The notes under the pieces: generated by a model | Database searches by the model: none | Told to the model about the DNA's origin: nothing | Seen by the model: the letters and a program-made list of their open reading frames with translations, nothing else | Shown: in pieces, positions 12,851-25,300 of the stretch | Layout: every line of letters starts with the position of its first letter | Position numbering within the stretch: position 1 is the first letter of the stretch | Program-made: the position numbers and the translations under genes | Origin: Entomortierella parvispora E1425 | Lineage: Eukaryota > Fungi > Mortierellomycota | Assembly: GCA_020891255.1 (NCBI GenBank) | Contig: BQFW01000006.1 | Coordinates: 2,294,001-2,358,000, forward strand | DNA: 64,000 bases | Reading direction: 5' to 3'

Positions 12851-15268
12851 TCACGCGCGTTTGCGATATTGCAATCCATTGTTGAAGGAATACAAGACCC
12901 TTGTGTCTTCTCCCTCAATGTGCACCACCCGAATCCTCGGGTCATCCCCTTCTTCCACTTCCTCCTCGACGATTCGAATGTCACCAAGACCCGTATCTCC
13001 AGGCATCACTTGGAGAAGTCCGCCCAACTTCAATGTGCGTTCACGAACTTCCAACTTTGATATCGCCCTCTTGAGCGACATCAGCTCATCGGTCGCCTGC
13101 ATCCAGCCTCTAAACGTGAATCCAATGCAAGACTCTTCGTTGATCTCTGTCAAATTTGGCATCACTTTTCCAAACATGTACAGCAGTGCTGCATCCGAGA
13201 TGGACCACTGCCCAAGAAGGTGAAAAGCAGACAACTTGGGAGCCAGGATCGCGTTCCCTGCGGCATCTTGAAAGTCGTCCTCTTTCAAGATCCTGAGGTG
13301 ACCACCTCGACCTTGCAGAGATTCCATCGTAATGGTGCTCAAAACCAGCAGCTCCAAGTTCGGACACCCTTGCATCATCCTAAATTGGAACCGCCACGCA
13401 AACTCGGACGTCAACTGGATTCTTGTCAACTGTGGCAGATGCCAATCCCACTTCCAAGTAGGACGTGTAAACATTCCTGTGAGAGAAGGCGGCAGCCATG
13501 GATTTTCATGCTCATTTGCTGCTGATAATATCTGTTCGAATTGGTGCATCTCTGTGGAGGGTGGAATGAATGTCCTGCTCGGGTTCCAACTGTACAACCC
13601 CAACGTCAATTCCTCGAGTTTTGTGCAGTGCCTCAAGGTCTCTGGATGGAATGAAAGTGCTGCAGAACCAATCAGCCTCAATGTCGTCAACTTGGGTAAA
13701 TGAGCAGGCGACCAAGGAATGATATGGGAGCATCTGTAGTGATTGAGTTCGTCCTGGAGGTCAAGCGTCTCGAGATCGGGGCTACGCAAGAGGAAATCGG
13801 GTTCGACCTGCATTGTTCGGACCATGCACGAGGCCCTCAGGTGTTGAAGCCGAGGCAGGTCCCATCCGCCACCCACGACAACTGGGAGAATAGGAGCCAC
13901 TTGGGCATCTCTCCGAAGACATCGGACAACAAGGGATTTCAATGTGCTTGAAAACGCAAACACCACATCATCCATTTCGTCCGTCATCTCTGCAATAGGT
14001 AGTCGCAATCGAACCACCTTGACTGGCAGGGCGGGTGGAAATGGAGTTGAAGGGGCTGAACTACTGGAGAGTTCAGTTGAAGAAGCGGTGGCAGCGAGAG
14101 AGACGTCCTGAGACGCTTGGCGAAGGCGCTTTTCAGCATCCTTTCTTGCCCAGAAGAGTGGTCGCGATCCAGGAGATGAGATGTCAAGGAGCACCAAGTT
14201 GTGGCTAGCACGGAAGATCTCCAGGCCCCCAGCACCCTGCGAAGCCAAAAAGTCCAACCAGGGGGCTTCGTGCTGGGGCACAACGATTTTCTCCAGCCGA
14301 CTAAAATCCAGATGGCCAATATTCTGGATAAAGTCGGGCCAGTTGTGCTTGTTGATCACCTTGGGCCGATAAGGAGGAAGACAGGCGCGGATCAGCTTCA
14401 TGTAGTGAGGCGGACACGACTGCTCCATGCCCGGCCAGGTGCCGTCTTGGGGGCACTCTACACTCGTCAATCCACGCTGGAACAGCTGCGTGTGTTTCTT
14501 CACAAAGCGAACCATCTGCGACATGGCCTCGTCTTTGGCCAGTCGCATGGACTGGAACAGACTCGGGTCTTGTTCTTGAAGCATGCTTACCAAGTATTGA
14601 GGACGATCATGTTTCTCGTCCAGGATGAACGTGAGTGAGCGAAGGCTCTTGAGTTGGTCCGCCACATCGATGTATCGCTGGAGACCAGAGACTGGGATGG
14701 AGAGACTTTTGACGTTCTGTAGAATCGGACGGCAAAGGGCCCAAAAGAGGGCGACTCGCACATCTACTTGAAAGTACCGTCGAGGAACAACGTCCTTGGG
14801 CATGTACGGATTGATTTCCAAATCCAATTCTCTGGCCTGATAAATGGATTCAAGGCGGCTCTCGTTCACAAAGCCCTGGATCGAAGGTGACGAGTACTCG
14901 AAGGATGACTCCAAAGGCAAGCCTGAGAGATCCAAGTACTGCACATAGGCAAGGTAGTCAATGCCCGAGGGTGCCTTTTGATAATCTCCGGCGGAATACA
15001 GGTTGAAGACAGCTGAAAGCAATGTTGACCAATGCTCTGAGGAGTGAGATCTGAGGAGAGTAAATATCAGCTTGTGCAGGGCCGGATCATACTGGTTCTG
15101 GTCCTTCTTGGTGGGAATAAACCATTGGAAAGGATTGGTATAGAGGAAGGGCAGGCTCACGGCACAGAGTCGCCTGTTTGTCGTCAACAGCGAGAACAGG
15201 TCTGCCTTGGTCGACAGCTCCCTGATGATGAGCTGCAGACACTCGATGGGCAGGTCATCGAAAGCCAT
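12851..15268 (-). CDS. F-box-like / degenerate LRR protein (~805 aa, intronless)
   Basis: N-terminal LPIECLQLIIRELS...LFSLLTTNRRLCAVSLPFLY F-box-like motif, followed by repeated LxxLxL segments (LPRLQHLRA, LPKLTTLRL, CPNLELLVL, MPNLTEINE). Confidence 0.8.
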   Translation of the reverse strand: MAFDDLPIECLQLIIRELSTKADLFSLLTTNRRLCAVSLPFLYTNPFQWFIPTKKDQNQYDPALHKLIFTLLRSHSSEHWSTLLSAVFNLYSAGDYQKAPSGIDYLAYVQYLDLSGLPLESSFEYSSPSIQGFVNESRLESIYQARELDLEINPYMPKDVVPRRYFQVDVRVALFWALCRPILQNVKSLSIPVSGLQRYIDVADQLKSLRSLTFILDEKHDRPQYLVSMLQEQDPSLFQSMRLAKDEAMSQMVRFVKKHTQLFQRGLTSVECPQDGTWPGMEQSCPPHYMKLIRACLPPYRPKVINKHNWPDFIQNIGHLDFSRLEKIVVPQHEAPWLDFLASQGAGGLEIFRASHNLVLLDISSPGSRPLFWARKDAEKRLRQASQDVSLAATASSTELSSSSAPSTPFPPALPVKVVRLRLPIAEMTDEMDDVVFAFSSTLKSLVVRCLRRDAQVAPILPVVVGGGWDLPRLQHLRASCMVRTMQVEPDFLLRSPDLETLDLQDELNHYRCSHIIPWSPAHLPKLTTLRLIGSAALSFHPETLRHCTKLEELTLGLYSWNPSRTFIPPSTEMHQFEQILSAANEHENPWLPPSLTGMFTRPTWKWDWHLPQLTRIQLTSEFAWRFQFRMMQGCPNLELLVLSTITMESLQGRGGHLRILKEDDFQDAAGNAILAPKLSAFHLLGQWSISDAALLYMFGKVMPNLTEINEESCIGFTFRGWMQATDELMSLKRAISKLEVRERTLKLGGLLQVMPGDTGLGDIRIVEEEVEEGDDPRIRVVHIEGEDTRVLYSFNNGLQYRKRA

Positions 15269-15596
15269 GGCCGGTTGATGGGGAGGAGGAATGTGCGTTG
15301 CAATGGAGCTGATGGGCAACAGAGGAGAGAGAAGAGAAAGAACGAGAAGCACAGTCCGGGTGAACAGACGCTTGGCAATACGCTCTAATTTATCGATCCC
15401 TCGGTCAGATCTCTGTCATTAAATACATTAAACGATGCCACGAGGGACGTCAAGGGTCGAGAGGTCCAGTTCAAGGCGATTTGCCACCAAACGGATCAGG
15501 ATGTTTGTCTGTCTGTCTATCTGTCCGCCAATGCTGCCGAAGGGTCATTCTCGTTCTTTTTTTTTTATTTGTTCTTTTGTATCCCAGATATCGCAA

Positions 15597-16204
15597 TCAG
15601 GACGTCGTTGGGCCTCTAGCAGGTGTTGATGTTGCCTCTCCAGATTCTTCCTGTGCTGGTGCCTCGTCTCCAAGGACATTCTTCTTGAGCCAATCCTCAT
15701 CTGCCCAGATAGCCTTCTCAGGTCCACGCCCACCGCCCAGTCCAGAACCGCCCTTTAATGGCTTGGCGAGGTTGACCTTGATAGTCTTTCCAAACAGTTC
15801 CGAGAGATGCATGTTGTCCTGTGCGGCCAAAGCGTCTGCTGGCAAATCAAACTCGATGAATCCGAATCCACGATGAGGAGCAGCTATCAATACAAAAAAA
15901 AAAAAAAAGTTAGTCGCCAGTTTGTCAAGCCTGTATTTCCAGTCTCCAGAGCCTCGTTTCATTCATACTTGATGATGGGTCTGGTGGAATCTCGATCTGT
16001 GTAATTTCTCCAAAGGGGATGAATGCAGCATGCAGCACCTGCGTCGTGACCTGATCGTCCAATCCGCCTATTGTTTGTTACAAAGTGAGATTAGAATCAC
16101 CATTGTCCATGCTCCTTTGCTTTGACACAGAGTCCAGATAACAACAAGAGTCCGAGTCCGGTACCGATATAGAGCGTGCTCTTTGAGCTGTCCCGTGCGG
16201 CCAT
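15597..16204 (-). CDS. RRM-only homologue of cyclophilin E (PPIE/Cyp33 N-terminal RRM), 3 exons
   Basis: Spliced: [14 protein letters not shown]|[32 protein letters not shown]|[42 protein letters not shown]...WADEDWLKK. This matches the PPIE RRM and its W.D.DWLKK motif. It stops with no cyclophilin domain. Confidence 0.88.
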
Positions 16205-17026
16205 GGTGGTTGTGGTGATGTGTGTGTGTGTTGAAGTGTGTGTCGAAGAGAATGCAGGCACAGTGGGCAAAGTGGAAAGAGGGGCAAAGTGGCTGCTTAA
16301 GGGTGCACAAGGTGCACACGACCATCGATCGAGTCGCGATCAAAAGGACCCCGATTCTTGTCGTTGTCGCGTGGGTTCTGCCGTGGTTCCCAGGCCGAAT
16401 GAGCTGGTGCAGCTGGCCAGTTCTACTCACAAACTCGTCATGGCTGACCCCCGTCTTTTCGTTCTTTTTTTTTGGCAAAAGGGTACGACCGTTACGCGTC
16501 TGGTCTCCTGGGCACAATCCGCACAAACGCCCTTTTTGACCGTCGTCAGCAAAGAGAAAGGAAGACCATCTTGTGCTATGATCATGGCATGGGCAGTAAA
16601 CATAACATCCAAATTGGATCCAGAGAGCACACGCACTAGAGGACATTCCACTCTCCCCTCAGCCATGGCCGCAAGTGTGGCCCTTCTTTCCCGTTACCTG
16701 GTCACAGCCCTTGCAGTAAGTCTCGTCCCATGGTCGCACTCCGCGATACCCCGTTTCACCGACTTGTCCCTGGGGAGGACGAGCAAGAAGAGGCCACTTC
16801 TCTGTCTCATTCTCGCATCTCCTTTGCGCATTCCTTCATTGCTACATCTGCCATTCCTCATTGCCCTCACCTTTTTGTCGCCTCATTCCGCTTTTTTTTC
16901 TTTTTTCTTTTCTTCTTACATACTTCAGCCACATTCGCGTCTATTACCTTTTTTTTTCTCTTTAATCTCTCCTGGTCCCCCTTCCTTCCCTCGCCCTGAA
17001 TCCTCTCATCTCCTGAGCTAGTCACC

Positions 17027-18300
17027 ATGGGACCACGGACGGAGCGATTCAAAGCCTGGTTCTTCCAGCGATACAAATTCACGCGACAGAGCATCATCTT
17101 CACAGCTCTGTGCGTCGTCATTTTCGGACTGACCATGTACTTTATGGTAAACTTTCAAAAAAGAAAGATGAATGGTTGAAAACGGGTCGACTTTCGGGTC
17201 GACTTTTTTTTTTCTTTGTGGCTGACTCCTTTTTTTTTTCTTTGCAACCCTCAATGGGCTGTTACAAAAAGAATGTCATGGCCAACGTGGCTTCCTATCT
17301 CTCGCCTGACAACACCGAGGTGCCCAAGATGAGTGATCGACTCTTTGAAGCCATTCCGTCCATCAAACTGCTTTGGTTGACAGATCTAGCGGACGCCTTG
17401 ATGTTTATCCCGACCGTGATCCTGATTTTGACCCATTATCGACCGCTCTATCTCCTCTGCAAGGTCCTCTTGACCTGGACCCTTTGCAACGTCATGCGGA
17501 TCACCACCATCGCCATCACCTCCTACCCCGATCCGCGCGACGGCTGTGTGCATGCCGTGGGCGAGTTCTTTTCCACCTTTTTGTTGCACCGATGCGGCGA
17601 TTGCATGTTTTCGGGTCACACTGTCATCTTTGTCATCTCGGCCCTGGTCTGGACCAGTCATGGATACCACCGCTTCCCCCGTCGATTGAGATGGTTGGCT
17701 TGGATCTGCATGTTGTTTGTCTGGGCCTTGTGTTTCGGAAGCGCCCTCATCGTCATTGCGAATCGTGCCCATTATACCGTCGATGTCATGGTGGCGTTTT
17801 ATGTCGCCGGCGGTAATTTTTACATTTGGACTTATATCTTTGATCATTACATTGAGGACAGGGGGAGACTCAAGGACTTGACGAGACCTTGGGGCGACGG
17901 ACCGGATCCCAGACCCCATGTTCGAGAACGTGCATTGAAGTTACAACAGCAAGGAGGCGGTACTGATAACGACAGCGATGTGAATCAACGATCCGATGCA
18001 GAAAAGGTTGGCCTGCATGACGAAGTGCAGATGCAGTCTATTTACGGAGAGGCTCCCGCTGGGCAAGGCGGACAGCCAGTCGTGTACAACAGTGACTTTA
18101 ACAGTGGCAGAGGCAGCAACGGCTACCCACAGTACCAACAACAGCAGCAGGCGACGGGTGAGCCAAATCAGGAACACGACACGATTCAAGTCCTTTCAGA
18201 GCAAGGAGGAGAACCCGTTCTACAGCAACCACAACCATATGGTCAAGAAGTCCAGGTCCAACAGCTTCCAGGTGCACCCATTAATAACACTTCTGGATAG
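17027..18300 (+). CDS. Sphingomyelin synthase-family (PAP2-like) sphingolipid phosphotransferase, 2 exons
   Basis: Exon 1 17027-17146, intron to 17271, then multiple TM segments with CGDCMFSGHT and RAHYTVDV (SMS D3/D4 catalytic motifs) and a Q-rich tail. Confidence 0.85.
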
Positions 18301-18395
18301 AAACCCATACATACACGAAATACACCCCATCTTAGAACCCCGAGCGCAAGCATGTTTCACCATGAACAACTTGTTGTTGCCATGCAAAGAAGAGA

Positions 18396-18434
<39 letters not shown>

Positions 18435-18637
18435 GCGGAAATGCCATTGATCTAGCAATACACAAGGTGTCACAGAGACCCTGCTCCAGGGACGAGCCTT
18501 GAGCGCGATGGTTGCACAAACAGCAGGCGCGTCTTCTTTCTGCTGCTGGTTTGATTCTAATGGCCCTGGCCCTGGGTTGTCTCCTGCCGCAAGACTAGCT
18601 TGCTGTACAAAAGATAGCGGTGGTTGACCAACTCAGG

Positions 18638-21600
18638 CTAACAAATCTTGAAGGCGGAGTGGATGGACTGTGCCCCCATATCAGTCTCCAAGAGTTTGTC
18701 CTGGTCCTTTCTCTTGGTCTCTTCATCTCTATCCCGGTTCTTTTTCGTCTCTGGTACCTCACCATCGATTCCAGGGGCCACGTCCGACAGATCCGTTCCA
18801 ATGACATTATTCAGTCGCGTGAGCCAACTCCGAGTGACTCCATATTCCTTCTTGCGGACCAAGATCTCGGCGTCCGTGGGAATACTCTCTAAAACAGTTC
18901 TGACAGCCCACTGGAGGCCCATGTACGCGTGTTCGGACGCCAACAGACAGAGCAACATCATACTCAACGACAAATTCGATCCTACCTCTGTCGCCAATGT
19001 GATCAAAGGTGAAGAAGAGGATGCAACAGCCTCAGCACCTGTCACAATCGCAGAACCGTGATCCAGAGATCCACGAAAGAGGTACAGAATAGAGGCATTG
19101 GTCAGGGATGAAAACCAAGTGAGATGCTGCATGTTGTCAATCCAGGGTCCAATGGTGTCTGTCCTGGCAGGGATAGGTCGTCGCGTATTGAAACAGATTT
19201 TTGCGGCATCCGATCGCAACTCGATCCAGTTGTTGATGAACGCGCAAAGACCCGTTAGCGGCCAGATAACACTGAAGAGCGACACGTATCCAAACTAAAT
19301 GTACAGGAAGAAAAAAAAACAATTAGAGTTAATTGCGATGCAGGAAGGAAAAAGACAAGAAACAAACTTGTCCTGATCAAGCTTTTACCTGCTCCACCAT
19401 CTCTCCATAGTCTTCATTGACGTCGTATTCTGGCAGGTCGACTTGGTCATGAACGCTCTTCAAGAATGCTTTGACCTCTTCTGGATCCTGCTTAAGGTCC
19501 TCAAGCTCTTCCTCTTCCTCTATTTCGTGGTGCATTGCTTCAGAGACTTCCTTTTGAATCTTGGCAGCGCCTGTTACGACACGACGACTCATCCATGGGT
19601 AAATTGTCTCTGTGAAGAAACTCGTCAATTGGTTGGAGATCATGAATGCCTGAAGTCGGTCCTGAAGCATCTTGGGATCAATCGCCACTGTCGAAAATGG
19701 AAGTCCGTACCCCTGCAGAACAGAAATAACCCGCGGTCCAAAAGGAATGTAAACATAGGCCGTCAACAGAATCGAAAGGTAACTGTTGAGAACCTTGAAC
19801 ACAAACACCTTTTGGACGAGATGGTAGTCGTAAGATCCATGTGTCTCATAGTTCTCATAGTCTGTCAATCTCTTGGAAACTGAATTGCAAAGCTCTTCCA
19901 CATACGGCATCGCCAAGGTATACAGGACTGTTGGAAGATACACCTATCAATTCATATTCCATTATCAGTATTTCAGATTCTAAGTTGCCAGTGGCCAGAT
20001 GAACATCCGTCGTCTTTCTTACCAGGATTTCCTTCATATAGCCGTCATAGTACACCTCCAAAAAGACTTCGACTCCAAACACAATGGTGAGAACGACCGA
20101 CAGTGCGAACGCGCCTCCAACAACCACCGGGAATCCTGCCATTTTCCGACCCCATCGTTTCCAAGGAGAAAAGAAAGGAGTCGGCTCGCCTGTGACAGGG
20201 TCTGTGACAATGCTATCGCCCTTGAAGGTCGGCCGTCTGGACTCGGATTTTGTCACGTTTTTGACCCCCCACCAAAGTGCCAGTTCCCTTTCCCGACGTC
20301 TCCAAGATTCAATAAAGACGGCAGACCACAAGATGACACAGAGACTGTAAAAGGCCGAGAACGAGGATCCGATGAGATGCACAATCGCCCCCAAAGCTGT
20401 TGGGATGATGAGCCAAAGAAAGTAAAACTCCAGAAACTCAAAGTAGTAGGCAACCTTTTCACCAAAATGATCCCGAATCCGCGAGAGATCGTCTTGGTTC
20501 AAGAACCACTTTGTGGACCAAGACTTTAGCCAGGACTATGTTGAAGATCATCGAATCCTGGTCATTAGTAAAAGAAAAGAAAACGAATGAAGAAAAAAAA
20601 CACACGGTATTCACTTTTCATGACGTAGAGACCAGGTTCGAAAATAGACTTGACTTCTTACTTTGTTAAAGTCCCAGTCATGCAGCGGCAAGATGCTGTC
20701 TACGAACGGAGTCTCGCCCGGGTATATTCCTGCGCCTCCTTCGCTCGGCAGACCAGCGATCAGACTATGGACCATCCTGAGGCGATCCGAGTCTGTGAGA
20801 TCATCCAGAGAGCGATCCCTGACCTTGGCAGGCTGAAGCATCTGCTCGGCCTCGCCAGTGTCCGCCACTTTTACTCCAGTCAGCCAATCATGGACGCTAT
20901 TAAAAAAAGAACGGGCTTGTGAGTTGCAAAATAAAAACAGGGCATCATTCCCTTACCCTTGGTCCCATGCTCCTTCCATGCATGGAAGTCAAGGGGGTTG
21001 ATCCCTCCGATCGATTTTGCCAAGAAGGCAAAGCAGAGGGCGAGGAACAGTAAACAGAAAGAACAAGGGAGAAAAAGGAGTTCGAGCTTTGTGCTTACTT
21101 GTGCCGAGTCACCTCGCGCCGAAGAACTGTCCACGGACAGATGATGAAGATCAGAATCGTCTCCTTCCCGCTGGGCCGGGTTTCATACCGCAGGCCCACG
21201 CTGGTCAACTTGGCCAGCAGGTTCTCGTAAGCGTCCATGGTCGCCTGTTCCAGTTCGATTCTCTCTCCGATAGACATCACTGGCGAAGACGATGAGGTGG
21301 TTGAAGAAGGCGGCGAGTCCGTCAATGAGGACGAACTTCCAAAGCGCCTCAATGATGGCTTGGGTGGACCCTTGTACTTGAACACAACTACCAGGTCTGC
21401 ATAGAGGTCACGGCCTTTGCTGTTTGGGTTCTCTGAAAAGCGCTTCTTGTTGCGGTAGTGACGCCGACGACTTGGGTGAAGATGTGAAAAGGAGGACGAC
21501 GAAGGGTCATAGAGGGTGTGGGTGGTGGCCATGTGAACCTCGTAAAAGTGGAGGTGCTGGTGGTCCTCCTCTTTGCCGTCCTTGTCCTTGTCCGGGGAGC

Positions 21601-21694
21601 TCACGTCGGCCAGGGTGATGGAGGCGTTGCTGCTCGAGGGTGAGTGGTGGATCCTGAGAGCATTCGTGCGCCGGATGGGACGGGCCTCCTTCAT
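18638..21694 (-). CDS. Anoctamin/TMEM16 family channel-scramblase (multi-exon)
   Basis: IRDHFGEKVAYYFEFL, WSAVFIESWRRRERELALWWG, LTDYENYETHGSY...KVF, EYDVNEDYGEMVEQ, NNWIELRSDAAK, IGPWIDNM, SEH: the typical TMEM16 motif series. Confidence 0.93.
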
Positions 21695-22359
21695 TGCGAA
21701 TGGGATTCACGGATGAGCTAAAAGGTGGAGGAGTGGAGGAGAGGAGTGGAGGAGGGAAGAGAATGGAAAAAAGAAAAAAAAAGAAAAAAAGAAAAAGGGG
21801 AGGAGCAATGAGAAAGAGCAAGAAGGAGCAAGAAGGAGCAAGAAGGAACAAGACAAGGTGCGAAACAGGCTGGTCTCGAGAGAAAGGACATGGGGCATTG
21901 GTAGCTAAACTGAACCGTATCATGTATGGGCTGCATGCACTCCACTGGTGCCACCAGAGAGCAGCAATAATGACCCAGGGCAACAACAATGTTCCTGTTT
22001 CTGGCTCAAAGGGCGCCCGCGCCCCTTGCCGCCTTCCAAATCAAGCAATTACGGGCACAGGCACGCTCTCGGCGACGGAGAGCGATGGACAGCCACAATC
22101 TACTTTAAGTGCTAATATCCAAGCATCCAACCCCATCTGCGCCGAGGGTCGAAGGAATATGCAAAAGAGGACAGCAATCCCAGGGATGTGTCTGAATGTT
22201 GTTTCCGTGGGCCTCTCTCCTTTTCCAGATGGGAGTCCCATGGTATTATACATGTATGTAGTATGTAGTATGTTTTTTTTTTTTTTTTTTTTTTTTTTTG
22301 CTCTGATGTTATACAATGTTCTAAAAGTACAGTGGTCCTCATCCTCTTCTGCCGTTCTC

Positions 22360-25300
22360 CTACATGTGGTCCGACAGCAAGACCATTTCCCTGCTTCGAT
22401 ATTTCTCCAGAAACCCTCCATTCATCGTAAAAATACTCACTGCGCCCATATCCGATCCAACAATGAGGTGCTCGTACATGGGCGACGCCACCGCGCGCGC
22501 CAATGGTCCCAAGTTGACGTTTAGTGTCGATCGCAGCGCGTTGTCGGTCGCCTGCCGAAGGTCCCACGTCCTCACAGCACCATCTGCTCCAGTGGTCAAC
22601 AGTACACTTCCGCTAGTCCCGCTCCCCTGAGGCAGCCAAAGCGCAGATGTCACGCCTTCATGAGCTTCTCCATCCGTCCTTTCCTGGTGAACAAATTGAT
22701 GAAGAGGAGTCGTGGCAATAAATCGTCGATCGAACACGGCAATCTCATTGCTGCTGGCACAGCTGATAACGTACTGTCCACATGGGCTGAAATCCACAAT
22801 ATTGACATCTCCTTGCCCAGATTCGGCCACCTGAACTTGTTTAGCATACCGCCGAACATCAAAGAGACGTATTAGACCGTCTCCCATTTCATCCGCCATT
22901 CCTGCTGATCTGCCAGATGTTCCACAAACAATATATTCTCCTGCAAAGAAATAAAAATATTGGCGTAGAAGAATGAGTAATTAATTATGAACAAACGCAT
23001 CGCGACCACGCTCGCCACACCTACCATCAGGAGAGAATGACAAACAGGACACGCTCTTTGCAATGGATGACTGATTCGTTCGTCTAAATTCAAGTTCCCC
23101 CTTCTTTGACTCGGTATTCGCGTCATAAAACTCGATCTAGCGGAAACGCAACAAGTTCAGATCAGTAAATGCAGTTGCAAAAAAGCGAGAAATACTTCCT
23201 AGCCAACACGGCCATGAACATCTTACCATCCCATGTTGGTCACTGGCGCTCCAGCCTTCTGAGAGTCCTTCCAGTCCTACTGCAAGGCAATCCCAGAAGT
23301 ACTCGCGTCCAAATGATACACATGACGCTACGCGAGGGTGTGCAGGGCCTTTTTTGATGCGTTTGTTCCTGGCCTTCACTTTGCCATCACTGTCCAGAGA
23401 GAAAATATCCACGATGCCTTTGGAAGAGCAGGTCGCAAAGACGTCCTCTCCATTCATACTATCAACTACAGTTGCGACCTGATTAATTGACCCGCTATGT
23501 TCTATGTGAAAAGCAGATAATAGTTAGATTCACCCCATATTTGCAAGCAAGATTTCCATTGTTTCTGGAGGGCCTTACGAATTGTGTCTGTACGTTCCCC
23601 AGTGTCAGAGTTCCAAATCTATTCAAGGGTCAGAATAAAAAAAGATCCTGTTAGTTTCCGCTCATGGTCTACTCCCCTTTTGGCATACATCTTTGATCTC
23701 TGCTCATTTACAATGGTCTGCTTGTCGTTTGATCCTGTGATGAAAAATGATTCTGAATATGAGAGCTTCACATCGTTGACCGAGGTCACCAGATCTATAC
23801 CACACGTTTGCAATTCAGGTCAGAGGGTGCGGAAGGGCTATCAATTGCATCAATGAACATGAATTCCACAACTCACTTTGATATGGTTGTCCGGCTCGAT
23901 CTTGAGTCTCGTGCCCATGTAATCGTTTGACCACACCAGCCTCCAGATCACAGAGGAGCAAGTTACCAGGTCGATTGTATATATCATTCGTCGCACTGTT
24001 GGCAATCGCCAGTTTCATTCTAAATAAACACAAGGAAAAGTCCCTGGCGTTAATTATCGGATGGACCCTTACTTTATCTTTCAGACTCTGCTGCGATCCC
24101 GTACCCTGATCCATTTGCCTTCAGAGCAAAGTCAACAACACTCCCGCTTGAAAAGTCAAAGGTGGTGGCGCACTTGTATGAATGGATCTGAGTCATCATC
24201 ATTCGATCCTGGAGGGGAAAAAACCGGGTTAGGAGGGTCTGTGAATGGAGAGTCCTAGGCACTTGTCATCGCCTGTCCGAGGCTTACCCTGTACAGTCGG
24301 CTATATCTGGGGCCGAGTTCCCGTAGCCTCTTTGTTTTCAAGAAGGACATCCTGCCGACGACATCTGCTGGCTTTCGCGGCGCCGCTGTCTGAGGGAACT
24401 CTTGGATAGAGTATTCAAATACTTTCCTACATCTCGCTGCGTCAATCTCGTTTCCTGTCTGCTCTAGAGCGTTTCTGGAAACAGTTGCCCAGTCCACTGC
24501 CTGTCCTCTTTCGAGAAATCGACACGACTCCAGGAAGATGATTGATAGCACATTAGGTGGAATGGGCGGCAGTCGTAACATTGGCCTCTCCCGCTCCCAT
24601 CGTTTTGTTGCATGATGTCTATCCACTTCCTCTTGTTGATAACGCTAGAAGAGGGGCAGCACGACTCTTAAAATTAAGACAATGCTTTTGGATTCAATGC
24701 ATCAAGTACATCAAGTACTGCCCTTCCCTTGGATGATGAGCAAGGGTATATACATACCAATAGCTTCCTTTTCTTCGATTCCAAGTAATATCTCTGCGCC
24801 ATAAACTCATAATCCGTGTCAGGAGGATGATAGTTCTGTGTCTAAATATTCAAGAAAGCAACACCCAGGTTAGGTTCAGTCATCAATAGAAAGTCAAAGG
24901 AGAAAAATGCCAACATAGCTTGGTAGGTTACCACAGTCTCGTCCATCATTTCTACTCCAAAGTGCTCTTCCTCGTCGTACTCTGACGCGTCAGTAAGGCC
25001 ATCATGGTGACCAAACGACTCATCTTCTCGCGATCTCTCCTCGTAGCTCTTCTGATACCACTTTCCACTAAAGTTCCTTGGATATCCACCTTTGTCTGCA
25101 GAGATATCTGAGGCATCGTGAGTCGAAATGTGGGCCCCTGCCGCTGCTGAGGCTGGCATTTTGAAGTCTCCTGTATGCGGACTTTGGCTGGCAGAACTGT
25201 TGGTTGAAATCAGTGGACTTGGGAAGGGAGATTTTGACAGGTTGGTCTTTATAGCCCGATGAGACTCCTCAGATCGCCGTTCTCCTTGAAGCCCGTTGCC

